Origin: Eledone cirrhosa
Lineage: Eukaryota
NCBI GenBank assembly: GCA_964016885.1
Contig: OZ024741.1
Coordinates: 232,500,001-232,564,000, forward strand
Direction of reading: 5' to 3'
Length of the DNA: 64,000 nt
Positions 1 through 13,726 of the stretch are shown here, piece by piece; the first letter of the stretch is position 1, and the number at the start of each line of letters is the position of its first letter. The translations under genes and the position numbers were made by a program. The notes beneath the pieces were generated by a model, which worked only from the letters and a program-made list of their open reading frames with translations, was not told the DNA's origin and did not search any database.

Positions 1-1610
1 CCACCCGTGTCAGGTTCTTTAGCCACTCTCTCTATGATGCATCACTTGAGATGGAGGTTGGCGTTGATGGTTGTCTTGGGAATAGCACTAGCCTCCCCTA
101 CGAGACCAGCAACGATAAGCGCCAACCTCGATAAAAACACCTTGGCCAAAATTTTGAACTCTGCAATTAGCAGTTATGGCCATCAAATTATTTATAGTGT
201 CTCCCTTTTCAGGTCTTATATCAGCAGCGCCACCAATCCCGGCTCGAGGAACTGGGGATTCTCCCGTTTTACTGCCAGTTGCAGTAGACGCCAGGCATAT
301 AAGCATAAACTCGTAGGGAAGACCATCTAATCCCGACGATTTGCCCCACGTGCAGTCAGTTAATGTATCCTGTATCTCAACAGTTATTATTGGCTTGTCG
401 CAATACTCTGCCTCTGTCACCGACAGCCGCGGCAGTCCGTCTCACAATATGGTCTGCCACCGCTCCCGAACATCCGGGCAAAGAAAATTCGCATGCATTT
501 GCTTGGGATCGCGTGTCATGCGCCCGTCGTATTGTTCCGGAGATCGAATTGTGGGTTTGTTGCCACGCCGCGCCTCTGCTACACGGGCCCATTAATCGGC
601 TTACATCCCGTCATATCTAAGAGTAAGCGCCTTAGCTCTGATCACGTAGCCATCGTGCTTAGCATTGAAGAATTGGTCTTACCGCAAACGCGATGTCTTT
701 GTTAATTGCCTCTTCTAGTTTCTTTCACTAGTTCCCTGTCTACTCTAGTTTTCTCTATTGCCACAACTTTGCTAAATTATATTGATTCTACTTTAATTGC
801 CCTTTTCAGGGCATACCACTGCTTGTTGTTGACGATTGTCCCTGTCAACGTCTGCTTGACTAATTCACTAATCTGGTTTTGTAGGCTTTGCGCATTGGGA
901 ATGCGGCGTTCAGCTTCCAGTAACCGGTTCCTTGCCTATGGATCCTATCTAGTTCTAATACACATGTCACAAATTTGAGGTCTGTGTATTCATCTGTTTG
1001 AAATTGTGGATGACTTATGCTATCATTATCTACTTCCCAACAGAATATTCTATCTAGATAGGATCTGGAACCCGATGCGGTTTATCCATGTCCAAACTGG
1101 CACATTCGGAAAATCCAGTCGGTATCTCTCAGACAGTTGAAAGTGTTTGAGCATATTTGTGAGGCTTTTACATCCTCTTCCCCTATCTGTTATTCCCACA
1201 CAGTCACAGCATGCATCGAAATACCGTTTCCAGCTCCCACTAAAGAACGGGACGCTCCTAGAAATGTCTCAAGGCGTCTGAAGAAATCAAGCCGCTCAGC
1301 CCCTGTCGGGCCATAGGCAGTCTCTAAACTGAAAGCATAGCCTTCGCTGCTGGTCATGTCCAGCACCACTAACTGACCTTCTGTATCCAGGAAGATGGTC
1401 TGTATTGCAAGATCCATGCCTTTCCTAAATAGTACAGCGACTCCATCTCCAGATCTGAGACGGCTTGGAGATGCGTACACCTCGTAGCCGCCGAAGATGG
1501 TTGCAAAATGTCATGCGTTGGAAATTCTGCTCTCACTGATGGCCACTACATCTTTGTTTAGTGACCTGAGATCATTGAGAAGGTGGCACTTCTTCCAAGA
1601 TGATCCACAA
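1..1610 (-). mobile_element. Tx1/L1-clade LINE fragment (APE endonuclease to start of RT), degraded
   Basis: ORF pieces GDGVAVLFRKGMDL..FLDTEGQLVVLD (APE) and GKSSGLDGLPYEF (RT domain 0). Homologous to the copies at 27.8-30 kb and 33.4-36 kb. Confidence 0.85.
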
Positions 1611-2562
1611 CTGATTTCCACCAATAAATTATTCAGAGAATCACATAACGCACACAACCAACTGAACCTACCTAATCCTCTAACAAAACAGCTACTAAAC
1701 CGATAATTTAAATATTCACTAAACTAACCAACTAACCTGTCACCAAAATCACCCATCAAAGTAACTATTAAATTACCCATCAGATGTCACAACTAACACC
1801 ACATTGAACCATAAACCATTGCATCCACCAAACCACTAAAAAAATGACACCACACCAAATCACCAACAAAATCTCACGATGTATACAATTTTCTTTCTTT
1901 CTTTTAGTAAATATTGCCAAGGGTAGACCTACGAGTCAAACCTCTATCTTTTGTAACAATTCATTAATAACGTTTATCTCTACCGGTGAATGTAAGCCAA
2001 GAATTACAGAAATGACATCTTACCGGGCAATAGATGGGAATTTGAATCTCGAACCGAGACTACAAATCAATGAGTAAACAATACCTGGCAAGTTAAACTT
2101 GACAAAATATACAACATATCTCATTTAAAGATTTACCACAGAAATACAAAAAGGAAGTTCTGATATAATTTCTACATTGTTGTTGTTGATTCTTTTAATT
2201 TATAATGAAAAACATTTAAGCCATGACCATCCAGCCGTTTTTCAGAGGCATTTACAATATTATTTTTACGAAGCTACAGTGTCTCGTAGAATAACTGTTT
2301 CCTTTTTCCAACAGTTGGCCGGATAATGTGGATGATGTAACTTTAACTCATAATGAAGTGTGTTAAAGTAATTGACATTCACATTTCTACAAAACAAGCA
2401 GCTTTTAGATAGCTTAAACCATTATGCAGTATATATTCACAGTCAAACACTATCTCACTCATACTCATAGATACACACTCACATATACAAATATACGCAC
2501 ATGCATACGCATGCAGAGACGTACACATAAGAAACAACTCAGTTTTACTGATTATCTCCTAT

Positions 2563-2687
2563 TATTCTATGAGTTCAAATCCCGCCGAGGTTGACTTTGC
2601 CTTTCATCCTTACGGTGTCGATAAAATAAAGTACCAGTAATGCACTGGGTAATTGCTGGCCTTGTGCCTAACGTAGAAACAATTATT
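2563..2687 (+). mobile_element. tRNA-derived SINE, 5'-truncated
   Basis: B-box gagttcaaatcc, core gcctttcatccttacggtgtcgataaaataaagtaccag, tail gtagaaacaattatt. A more diverged copy follows at about 2765-2870. Confidence 0.85.
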
Positions 2688-3444
2688 CTATGTAAAAGTG
2701 AAAGCTAATTCGTTTCTGTCAGAATCTCTAGAACAACTTATAAAATATCCTCCGCTATTCGATTATTGCAGAGGTCAATTTCGCCATTCATCCTAATGGG
2801 GTTGATAAAATAAAGTCCGAGGCAAATACTGGTAATCGACTTTCCCGCTACACAAATGCTTGGTCGTTTGGTTGTCTATGAATTGTCCCCATCGTCCCGG
2901 GTCCCGTTTGTCAATAAAAGACATTAATATTATTATGATTGATTTCTCAAGTAGATGTTTACACGTGTTTTGCTCCGAAGGTTTTATTGAGTTTCACTTG
3001 TTTACAGAATTTTATTCGTTAATTTTGTTATAATCTGTATACATTGGCCACAGAAATGCGACCACATAATAATTGGTCCTTTGACCCAAATAATGCAATT
3101 ACATTTCCGAATTACGTTCCTAAAATTCAAACAACAAAACGAAAGTGACAACCTCTCAGCAATCGAAACAGAGTATAAACATATTTCGCACATACAAAAC
3201 ATAATTCACGATTTCAGCAAATGTCAAAAGGGCAACCACAACAACGTCAGCGACAATAAAAACGCTGTCACCTTCATCCCTATAGGAACAACCAACAAGC
3301 CTGCCCTCGCCGACTAAGACAACAAAAAAAATAACAACAGGAACAAGAACTCTGCCAATAGAAACAAGAGAGACAAAGTCAAGAGTAGCAACAGCAACAG
3401 CAACAGTAACCACAAGAACAATAACAAAACATTAATGGAAAAAA

Positions 3445-3582
3445 TAATTGTTTCTACTTTTGGCACAAGGCCATCAATTACTCAGTGTATTACTGGTACT
3501 TTATTCTATCGACCCCGTAAGGATGAAAGGCAAAGTTAATCTCGGCGGGATTTGAACTCAGAATGACAAGGGCCGTAACTCT
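3445..3582 (-). mobile_element. tRNA-derived SINE (partial)
   Basis: Reverse complement of the same SINE core and tail. Confidence 0.85.
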
Positions 3583-3699
3583 ACGAAAAATAATGACATC
3601 AACATAGAGAACCTTTTGGGACATCGTGAGTACAAATATAAAAATATAAGAAATTGACTCCGAATTGCTATAAGACGCTATAAGACGTAATGGTCGTCT

Positions 3700-4960
3700 A
3701 GTCCCGATTGGGGTGAGGATTTCATTCCTTATCCGACTTATCTCTCAAGAAAGTTTTTCAAGTTGAGGAAAACGGGTATTCCGCCAGAACATCCGGCGAA
3801 TCTTTGCACGAGCAATTTTGGGGGCAACGGACACATTCCTCAAGGTCAAACGCAGCGAAAGTTATAATATATCAGGGATAAACCTCGAGATTCTGCTGCA
3901 AGTAATGCAAGATCAAACAGAAAAAAATATTCGAACATGATACAGATGCTATTCGAGTACGACTTGAAGAAGGGTTTTGAAGGCAAAAGGTCAAAACACC
4001 ATCTGTTTAAGGCTAGAAGCCATCTCAATAATTTCTGACCTTAAAAATACGACGCAAGAAGCCAGCCTAATTAACACGGCCTCAACAAGTGTGAACATAA
4101 AGGGAGTCTGCCATACGGACAGCAACATCAACAACAACAACAGACGCGATTGGAACACAACCACCACCATCACCAACATCAACAACAACTACGACACGAG
4201 ATTTAAATGTACTAACCTTACACCGCTCCACTGTTATTAACTGTCAGTTGACCAACTGGTCATTAAATCAACCCGGGGAATCCTTCGACTTTTCTTTCCT
4301 TTACTCTGTATAGTCGCATCACCTCCATTAAGATAAAACAGTCGAAGTACCTGACCTTAATCACTCATATGTCATCAGTGTCCCTTTTACTTTTTATTCT
4401 ATATTTATCCATTTACTGTTCTCTGATTTTTATTCCTATCTTTTATGCTTTATCTTCGAAGCCCTATTCTTTATTCACTATCTCCCGTTCTTTATCTCTT
4501 TCTCTTACTTTTTATTTTAACCCTTTACTAGTTTTTAGCATTTCTATTTCGCCAATTCATGAACTCAATACACTATATTAGTACGGCGCTACTCACCAAC
4601 ATTTCGCCTATCATATATCGTATTTCCTTTCATATTATTGTTATCATTACTGCCTTTCACACATCCACTTACTCACCACTATAACCTCGACTACCACCAC
4701 CACCACTACTACTATTATCAGTAACCGTATTTTTTTTTTTTTTTTTTTATCTTCGTTATTGTTTTCAGTTACTTTATTCTCCGATGTATCTATAAATACC
4801 AGTTCGCTGTGTTACACCCTTTTGTATTCCGATGATTTGATCAGAGACACACACTGCAATTAAGGTCGAGTGACGTAAATTGAAGCAATCAGCGGCCTTT
4901 AGACTCACCTAATTAATGAAACAATAGTTAATACTGTAAATAAACCCTTTTTGTACAGCC
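3700..4960 (+). mobile_element. Penelope-like element 3' remnant
   Basis: Eroded GIY-YIG C-terminus-like peptide (SLHEQF..GH; CLRLEAISII..SLIN), then a T-rich tail with a hammerhead-like motif at 4824-4934. Confidence 0.45.
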
Positions 4961-4989
4961 GACCATGTTATTCTTCACTATTTATTGCT

Positions 4990-6340
4990 CTGGGTCGTTA
5001 TTTGCAGCACACACCATAATTTGGAAAAACCATTGTATAACACCCCAGAAAATCACACTGTCATATACAAATCATATAATTCACATAAAACACATATACA
5101 CATGTAAAAACAAAATCCCAATTAGAGACTTCCGAAGAAATCTCTCCAAAAAATAATTGCAGACATTTAAACACAAGAGCCCACAACAAGCCAGAAGGAC
5201 CGAACAACTGTCCTTCCCCTCCAAAGCTAAGGAAAGTGGTCTTTCCAGCTCTCTCATCCTCTCAATTGATCATAATTATAATCAAAATAAGCAATGTGAA
5301 ATCACGTGGCCTGGAGTCGTCCTGGAACGAAGGCGACCTGCTCAACGACCGAAGGTCAAATGGCCATTGATGTGTTAGCCATTAGCGAGACCAGAGGTTG
5401 AAACCACGAAACTTCACACCCATTTTCGGTGGCTACGAGGTGTACACATCTCTGAGCAATCCGTAATATGGGGGTGAAATTGCTGTGTTGTTCGGGAAAA
5501 GCTTGGATCTCAAAATATGGACCATCGTCCTGGACCCGGACGGTAAATTGGTGGTATTGGATGTGACCACGGACAAGGACACGTCATCAGGCTATCCTCC
5601 GCCAGAGGAAGGGCGAACTTATTTCTTCCAACAACTGAAAAACTTTCTAGGAACATCTCACTCTTTAGTCTTAGTGCGCGAATGGAACGGTATCTTGGAT
5701 GCATGCTGGGAATGTGTGGGATTAGTGAATAATGGGGGAGGGTGTAAAAGCCTAGCAAACCTGCTCAGATGCTTCCAACTGTCTGATAGATACCGACTGG
5801 GTTTTCCGATTGCGTCATAGACAAACCGCATCGGTTCACCCATAACTTATCTAGAAAGGGTATTCTCTAGGGATGTAGACAAGGATAGCATAGGTTGTCC
5901 ACATTTTGAAGACATCGAATACATAGACAAAAGAAGTGTGACATGTGTAGTAGGTCACGATAAGCTCCATAGCAAGGACACGGTTACAGGAAGCTGAACG
6001 CCTCGTCCCCAACTCGCAGGGATTTCATTTTTTATAGCTATTCCCATTTCACCATTACCATTGTTATTATTATTATTCATTCCCAGTGCGCAGAGACCGG
6101 ATTAGCAAATTACTTAAGGGGGCATTGACGGGGGCAATCGTCAACAAGTTTTGACTCTCGAACGTCTCCTCCCTATTGAGGAACTTTGTTTTAATTTCAT
6201 TGTTATCTTCCTTTTTTAACATTGTTAAAATGTATTTACACTCATAACCGACGCACCAGTACACAAACACACATTCTATGTTTTCGTCCTGTGCCGTCAT
6301 ACTGTCTTTCTTGATATAAACCCTTTGTTATTAATAAACA
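4990..6340 (+). mobile_element. Tx1/L1-clade LINE fragment, internally deleted
   Basis: ORF 5485..5820 is APE-like (LDPDGKLVVLD, EWNGILD). The 3' UTR motif cccctattgaggaa is shared with the 62.4 kb and 63.3 kb copies. Confidence 0.8.
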
Positions 6341-6384
6341 TGCTTAGGGACATAGAATTGCAACCATTTACCTTTTCAATTAGG

Positions 6385-6505
6385 TTTGCCTTTCACCCTT
6401 ATGGGGTAGATAAAATAAAGTACCAGTCACACCATGGGGTCGATTTAATCGACTTTCCCTCCCCTTAAAATTGCTGTCCTTGTGCCTAAAGTAGAAGCAA
6501 TTATT
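6385..6505 (+). mobile_element. tRNA-derived SINE 3' half
   Basis: SINE core and tail as above. Confidence 0.75.
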
Positions 6506-6857
6506 ATAATTACTGCATTTTCCTTTCATTCGTTTCATATAAAATGACTAACCAATCATGAAGCTAATACTTATAGCAGGAATCGTTAGTTCTTACGGTT
6601 GTCGATACCCTTTTCTATCTGTTCCGTCGTCATATTCACTTAAGATGTCTCACTACAAATGTTGATGGTTAAAGTTTAAGAAAGTTAACATAACTATAGG
6701 AAGGCTGGAGGATATAAAAAGAAGCACCAGCACCACCAGTAAAATAAAAACAAACACAACGACAAACAACCACACTGACTATTTCCCACAATAATATCTA
6801 TTTTAGCTTATATGTATTATGTGAGAAACAGGCAAACATTATTTAGCATTAACCTGA

Positions 6858-7047
6858 GGGCGGTGGATTGGCAGTATCGGTAGAGGGTCGGACGCCATGC
6901 TTTCTAGCATAGTTACGTCCCTTTACAGTCTGAGTTCAAATCCCGCCGAGGTTAACTTTGCCTTTCATCCTTACGGGGTCGATAAAATAAAGTACCAGTA
7001 ATGTACTGGATATTTGCTGGCCTTGTGCCAAAAGTAGAAACAATTAT
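6858..7047 (+). mobile_element. Full-length tRNA-derived SINE with target-site duplication
   Basis: A-box tggcagtatcggt and B-box gagttcaaatcc. attatttagcattaacct is duplicated on both sides. Confidence 0.9.
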
Positions 7048-8389
7048 TTAGCATTAACCTCCTATCTAATAACAATTATAATTCTTATTTGATAAACGAA
7101 TCTGTGAGAAATATTTAGATTTGCAACATGTTTGAGATTAAAACCTATAGTTATCATGTTCTATACGATAAACTCTCTATGGATTATCTTACATTGAATG
7201 ATTTTGATTGAGGAAAAAATTTACACTTAGAATTTCACTTTATGTTCACATTTAAATCAACAACCAATGCAGAATATTAGTATTTTTTTAGTGCACAGTA
7301 TAAGGCTACAGAAGTGGTGAAAATAAGTTTTTATACCGTAAACCCACCAACCCGATAATTCTTTCAATATTACTCAATATATCCATGTCTGAAACATCAA
7401 AACACGTTTCACAACTGATAGTGAGTTATGACAGATCAACAGAATTTCCTCTGATTATTCTAGATTACCCAAATATATTGAGGGTTATATTCAGACAAGA
7501 GTAATATAAGAAGGACGAGGTTAAACTTAATATGTATTAAGGTAATAGGCTGGAATGACACCGGAAGCAAAAATCTTTATTGAAATAGCAGTATTTTTTT
7601 CTTCAAATAGCCCCGCCATTGTATAAAGGATGGAGGCTTATATTGCATAATATCTTCTTAAATAAACTTTATTTGATCAGTGTTAAGTGGCTACTAAATA
7701 ACATCAATCACCAACTACAACAACATCCTTAAAAATACAAGCACCGAAACAAGAACAGATGAACAATTAGAAATACCAACCATATCATTCTGGAAATATA
7801 TGCTATTATCTTTTAAACGAATATCTATAAAAAGAAAGGGCATTAATTAATCTGCTCCAACATCACTGCATCCATTACTCGAGAATATGACGAATGTTCA
7901 TAGATGGAATGTTTTTCTTCATTTGCCTTCCCTGTGTAGGTTGATCTGTGACTAAACATAAAATTACAGACCAAAATGATGAAAGATTTCCAATGAACAA
8001 TGATACATGCAGAGGAAGGAAAACTAATATTTCTTCCAAAAGCACACATTGCACTGTTTTGCTATGGCCCACGCTAAAACAGACCAGCATGCAGACTTGG
8101 CACCGGTAAACTATACCACATGATACGATTTCTACACGGTAATTCATACAGGGCATATACTTGCGGACAGGTACCCACTAAATGCATATATATAATATCA
8201 GAAGCAATATTCTATGAATTACACATTATTATACGGCCACCTGTAGATCTGCTCGCAAACGACTTAGCTTAAGCTAAACAACAACTTAATGAAAACAACT
8301 TAGAATTATTAGCAACATAAATAAATCATTCTAATAATTCTCTCGAAAGCATTTGAATCAAAACTTGTCTTCAATTCATGCAATAAATA

Positions 8390-9445
8390 CAATGAGAAGT
8401 AGCGTTACTCTAACATAGCATTACTGATACGTGACTGGGGCTGTACATTGAATCATATGAGAACTGTTTATGTAATTAAACATTTCTATGTAATTTAGAA
8501 GTGGTGGTTTTCACCACTATTATTTTAGCAATAAACGGAGAGCACCCTAACTGTCGTTTTGAGTTCGCTTCCTCTCTTCAAGAGGATTAACAATGCTTGG
8601 ATGCTAAGGAGAAAATAAGGTAAAGGCTTATAGTATTTATTCTTATGAATCCCGACTGATGAAAGCTCATTTCCATACACATAAAAAGCTGACGGGCTCT
8701 AATTATTGGGGGACGGTTATGCTTTGGTGCAGCATGATTGATACATGAATGGTGTTGTATATGGAATCATATACGAAATAGTCATGTAAATAAACCTTTT
8801 TAAAGTTTTGTTATGAATTTTAGAAATGGTGCTCTCATAAATGGTCTTTTATCAACCAAGTTAAAGCTGCCTAATAGCCGTTTCTGGTTTGTTAACCATC
8901 TTCATAGAGGCTACCTCCACTCGAATACTAACACGAGAATAAGCTAAAGGTCTATAGCGTTTATGCTTACGAACATCGACTGATGAGGTTCATTTTCATA
9001 GAGATCAAACGATAGTGGGCTTTAATTAATGAAAGGTAGTGATGCTTTGTCATAGCATCATTGATTCGTGATTGGCGTTGTTTATTGAATCATATTCGAA
9101 ATGTTCATGTAAATAAACACATCATGTAATGTCATATAAATCATGCTATGTGAGAGCATCATTACCCCTTATTATTTAGATTCCACCAGCATTTGCACAG
9201 TATACAAATGTTATTCATCAGACAATGTTCATAAGCCTAAATACTATAAGTTTTAGATATTTTTGTCTTAGCTTCCAAGCGTTGTTAGTCCCTCTGAAGA
9301 CCGTTAACAAAGAATTAATGGCCGTTTGTATGGACTGCCTTGGGTGCTAACCGAGCAGTGGTGCCATCCAACACTTCTAAAATTCATAAGCAATATTTAA
9401 TTTCATGAGCATTTTGTATGATTCAACATACAGCACTAGTTATGG
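8390..9445. repeat. About 320-bp unit: about 2.3 diverged direct copies plus one inverted copy
   Basis: Motifs tagcat..tgatac..gaatcatat and gactgatga recur at about 8417, 8731 and 9052, and in reverse at 9140-9445. Confidence 0.7.
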
Positions 9446-9528
9446 AATAATGAAAATGTTTGGTATCTTTACATTTAATAATATCTGATACAGCGTGCAT
9501 TATGAGCATTATTTTTTTTTTTTTTCAG

Positions 9529-9651
9529 AATACAGCCCGGGAACCTTTGGCAACGAATGTGAGACGAAATTTAATTGTCGTAGTAATGACGTCTGCAATC
9601 GAGTCACTGGAGAATGACCAATTGGCTCTACACCACCCACTTGTCAAGAAA
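9529..9651 (+). pseudogene. Degenerate EGF-like exon (type A) of a multi-EGF-repeat gene
   Basis: Poly-T/CAG acceptor before 9529 and GT donor at 9652. 123 nt, phase 1-1, reads (E)YSPGTFGNECETKFNCRSNDVCNRVTGE*PIGSTPPTCQE. Aligns to the 51967 exon but has Cys>Tyr, Cys>Phe, an in-frame TGA (9615-9617) and a 12-nt deletion. Confidence 0.75.
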
Positions 9652-10107
9652 GTTGGTAACATTTAGTTTCTCTTTGGCATGACTGTGCTATGTAAAGTCT
9701 GTTCTTCATAGTTATATATACTAAATTAAGAGAAAATAAAATGTACTAACATTTTCGGTAGTAAACATTTAAAACAAAGTGATTATAAATATGAAAAGAA
9801 ACGATACTAATAGGGTAGACAACATACTGTACTATAAATATTACAATAACTATAACAACATACAATATAAAGAGAGACAGTAGCATGCCCTAACACACGA
9901 GACAGTAGTATGTACTCACAAGTGAGGCGATAGCCCGTACTAACAGGTTTGAATGCAGGAAAAGCTTTAGTGTATGGAAAAAAAACACCAAACCGCTTCA
10001 AAATGTCTGTCATCAAATTTCCACAAGTTAAATAGGTGTCACTTTACGTATTTCAACACGTGATACCTCCTGACATTCTACATGTGCACACGCATATATA
10101 TATGTAT

Positions 10108-10964
10108 ATCTGTGTATATATAAAATTAAGTATGTGTGTTTTAAAGCAAAATAGAATTTATCATTGCACATCCTGCACATGTTCAGGGACGGCGGGGCAG
10201 CCGCTTAAATATTAAAAAATACCACTTTTAGACTCAAATTTTCTCTTTTTCGGCTCTAGCTCCCACATTAATCAACCTGCTTTGTTCAAATGTTACACTA
10301 CGCTAGATCTGATTATTTCACGTCCTAAAGTGGCTTTAGATTTTGGCAGCAGCTTAAATATTCGAAAATACCACCTTTTCGCTCAAATTTCCGCTCTTTT
10401 CGGCTCTAGCTCCCACATTTTTCAACCGATTTCGTTCAAATTCGGAACTTCGGCTCCACCTCACAGATAAATCAATTTATTTGGTTCAACTTTTATACTA
10501 CAATAGAACCTATCATTGCACATCTTATAGTAGCTTTACACTTTGCATTTTTTTGTTCAGGGACGGCGACCTATCATTAGCTCCCACATTATTCAACCGA
10601 TTTCGTTCAAATTCGAAACTTCGGCTCCACCTCACACATGAATCAATTTATTTGGTTCAACTTTTATACTACGATAGAACCTATCATTTCACATATTATA
10701 GATGGTCAAAGGCAAAACGATGGCCACTGACGCTTTTAGTTGTGTATTTGAGAATTCATCGGTTTCCAATCAAGTAGCGTGAGGAAATTTGGCTTAGTGT
10801 TAGAGGTCATTACCTCCCTCCCCAGCATGCCGCTTCGCCAGTCACCCGCGTGTCCTGTGTGTGGCCATAGATTAGTAATCGAAAAGCAGTCGCTAAGATC
10901 AACACCTTTTCATGAAAGCAGATATTATTTTAGCTACCCAGGCAACGCTGGGTACTGCTGCTAG
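10108..10964 (+). mobile_element. Non-autonomous Helitron
   Basis: 3' hairpin cccaggcaacgctggg followed by CTAG|T at 10961-10964. Internal tandem duplication (caaccgatttcgttcaaattcg..). Confidence 0.75.
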
Positions 10965-11116
10965 TATAAATATATATATATATATACATATATATACATA
11001 TACATATATATATGTATATATATATGCATACGTCAAGACGGGCGGTCTCAAAAGTGAAACTAATTTTTGACATTGTGAATTTGTTTGTTTTTTTACAAAC
11101 GCAATTGTATGGATTT

Positions 11117-11656
<540 letters not shown>

Positions 11657-13018
11657 ATCGTTTGACACTGCTGACGTATGTGACTTGGTTGGCCTTTTTA
11701 TCTTAGACATATTACGTGTCAGATTCCCGACTTCCACACGGGAATATACCGTGACGATGGACTGACTTTATCGAGCCATAAATGTGGTCACGACCTCGAC
11801 CGGTTTAAAAAATACTTAGCTTCTACCTTCAATGAGTTAGGACTTAGGATTACAGTAGCTACCGACCTCTCTAGCGTAGATTTCTTAGACATTAATTTAG
11901 ACCTTCGCACACACACCCCCAGACCCTTCCTTAAGCTAAACGAGAAACTTAATTACATTCACAAAGAGTCATGTCACCCTCCCACTGTTTTTAGAAACTT
12001 CGTTAAGAATATCAGTACTAGAATCTCAAACCTCTCCTCTAATAAGGCTATCTTTGACAAGGCGGCACTCTACTATAACACGGCGTTGGCTAACAGCGGT
12101 TTCTCACAACCTATCACTTACTCTCCCACTAGCAACAACAGCAATAAGAAAAGAAAGCGTAACATTAGACAAACTATCTGGTTCTCTCCTCCCTTCTCAC
12201 TCATCGTTAAACCGATGTAGGCAAAAGGTTTAACCGACACAAAGTAAAAATAGGATACTCCTACGCTAAGAACATGAAGGCCCACATCACCAACAGCCCT
12301 AAAAGCAACATCCCACCAGGGTGCTCTTGCCGTAAACCCGAAGCTTGTCGAATTCAACAGCAATACAACACATCCGCTGTAGTTTATGAAGCTCTGGTCA
12401 CTTCCAACCGACTAAATCCACTACAGGAGGTCAAATTCTATGTGGGCATGTCGGAGGGCCGATTTAAGAAACGCCTCCTGAACCACCAATCGACCTTTAG
12501 GTACCCGGACAGACGTTCATCCACGAAACTTGCGAGCCACGTATGGTCCCTCAAGGACTCAAGTATAGGCTACTCCATTCAATGGAAAGCCATCACTAAG
12601 TCCAAGCCATACGCAAGGGGAAATCCGACGTGTGGCTTATGTATCGACGAACGAATAGCTATCCTAAAGAGTTACGCAATAGTGATTGCCTAAACGCGAG
12701 AGTGAATTTTTCACACGTTGTCCACACGTCACCAAATATCTATTGCATAACTACAAGGCTCCGGACTGGTTCTTTGTAATTTTATTTTAAATTTTTTTAC
12801 TTTTATTTTCAACCTAAAAACTTTCCGGACTTTCCCAGTTATCTCCCTTACACCTCCCGCACGCAGTCTAGTAATGCCTGTGTGAAGTGACCGAGTTTCT
12901 GCGCCTGAACGTTTGTACGGGTGTCCTTCCTGTTCCTATAAACATACACATCCCGAGCTGAAGATCCGCGAAGGTGAAACAATTGTTCTCGGTATGGTGA
13001 ACTAACTGCTGTGTAACC

Positions 13019-13020
<2 letters not shown>
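11657..13020 (+). mobile_element. Penelope-like retroelement, 5'-truncated (RT C-half + GIY-YIG + tail)
   Basis: [10 protein letters not shown] motif near 11740, then DFLDINLDL, KRKRNI..IWFSPPFS, and ORF 12274..12693 with VVYEA..FYVGMSEGRFKKRLLNH (GIY-YIG). Hammerhead in the tail. Confidence 0.85.
12953..12992 (+). ncRNA. Minimal type I hammerhead ribozyme motif
   Basis: CCGAG-CTGAAGA-T-CC(gcgaa)GG-T-GAAA-CAATTG-TT-CTCGG: perfect 5-bp stem I, canonical core, palindromic stem III, GUU cleavage triplet. Confidence 0.8.
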
Positions 13021-13112
<92 letters not shown>

Positions 13113-13616
13113 CTTTAAACTTTGAAATATGTAAGTGAAAACTTTTTATATATATTTCAATAAAAATCAATAATGAAACCCCTAGGGACAGTAACATCTC
13201 CCTCACACAACTCTCCTTTCTCCTCCCACAACTCAGTCCTCCAAAACGAAGCAACAACTTATTTGTTTGTTTTTTTGTTCTTCATTCTATGGAGAGAGAG
13301 AGAGGGAATGAGTGGGAGTAGATAAGAGAGAAAGAGAGGGGATGAGAGAGAGGGGATAAGAGAGAGAGGGGGATGAGAGAGAGAGGAAGAGAGCCAAAGA
13401 AAGACAAAAGGGGGCATCATGGAAGACCGAGAAACAAAACATAAAAATGACAGCATAGTTCGATAATTAATTTTTATTTATTCATTTTTTAAACGCTCCT
13501 TATCTAACTCCTTTCTTAACGTTACTTCGCTTTCTCTCTCTCTCTCTTACACAGAAGTCGTAATGAAACTGTGTGTGTATGTGAGCGTGTGTGTGTCTCG
13601 GCGTTCTTAAATTAGA

Positions 13617-13726
<110 letters not shown>

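Noticed and set aside
6858-7047. A/B boxes as tRNA genes
   Set aside because: No cloverleaf could be formed; the boxes are followed by a SINE core and tail, with target-site duplications and many copies.
9615-9617. TGA at a Cys position as selenocysteine
   Set aside because: The same exon has lost three other Cys by substitution or deletion and no SECIS is evident; decay is the simpler explanation.
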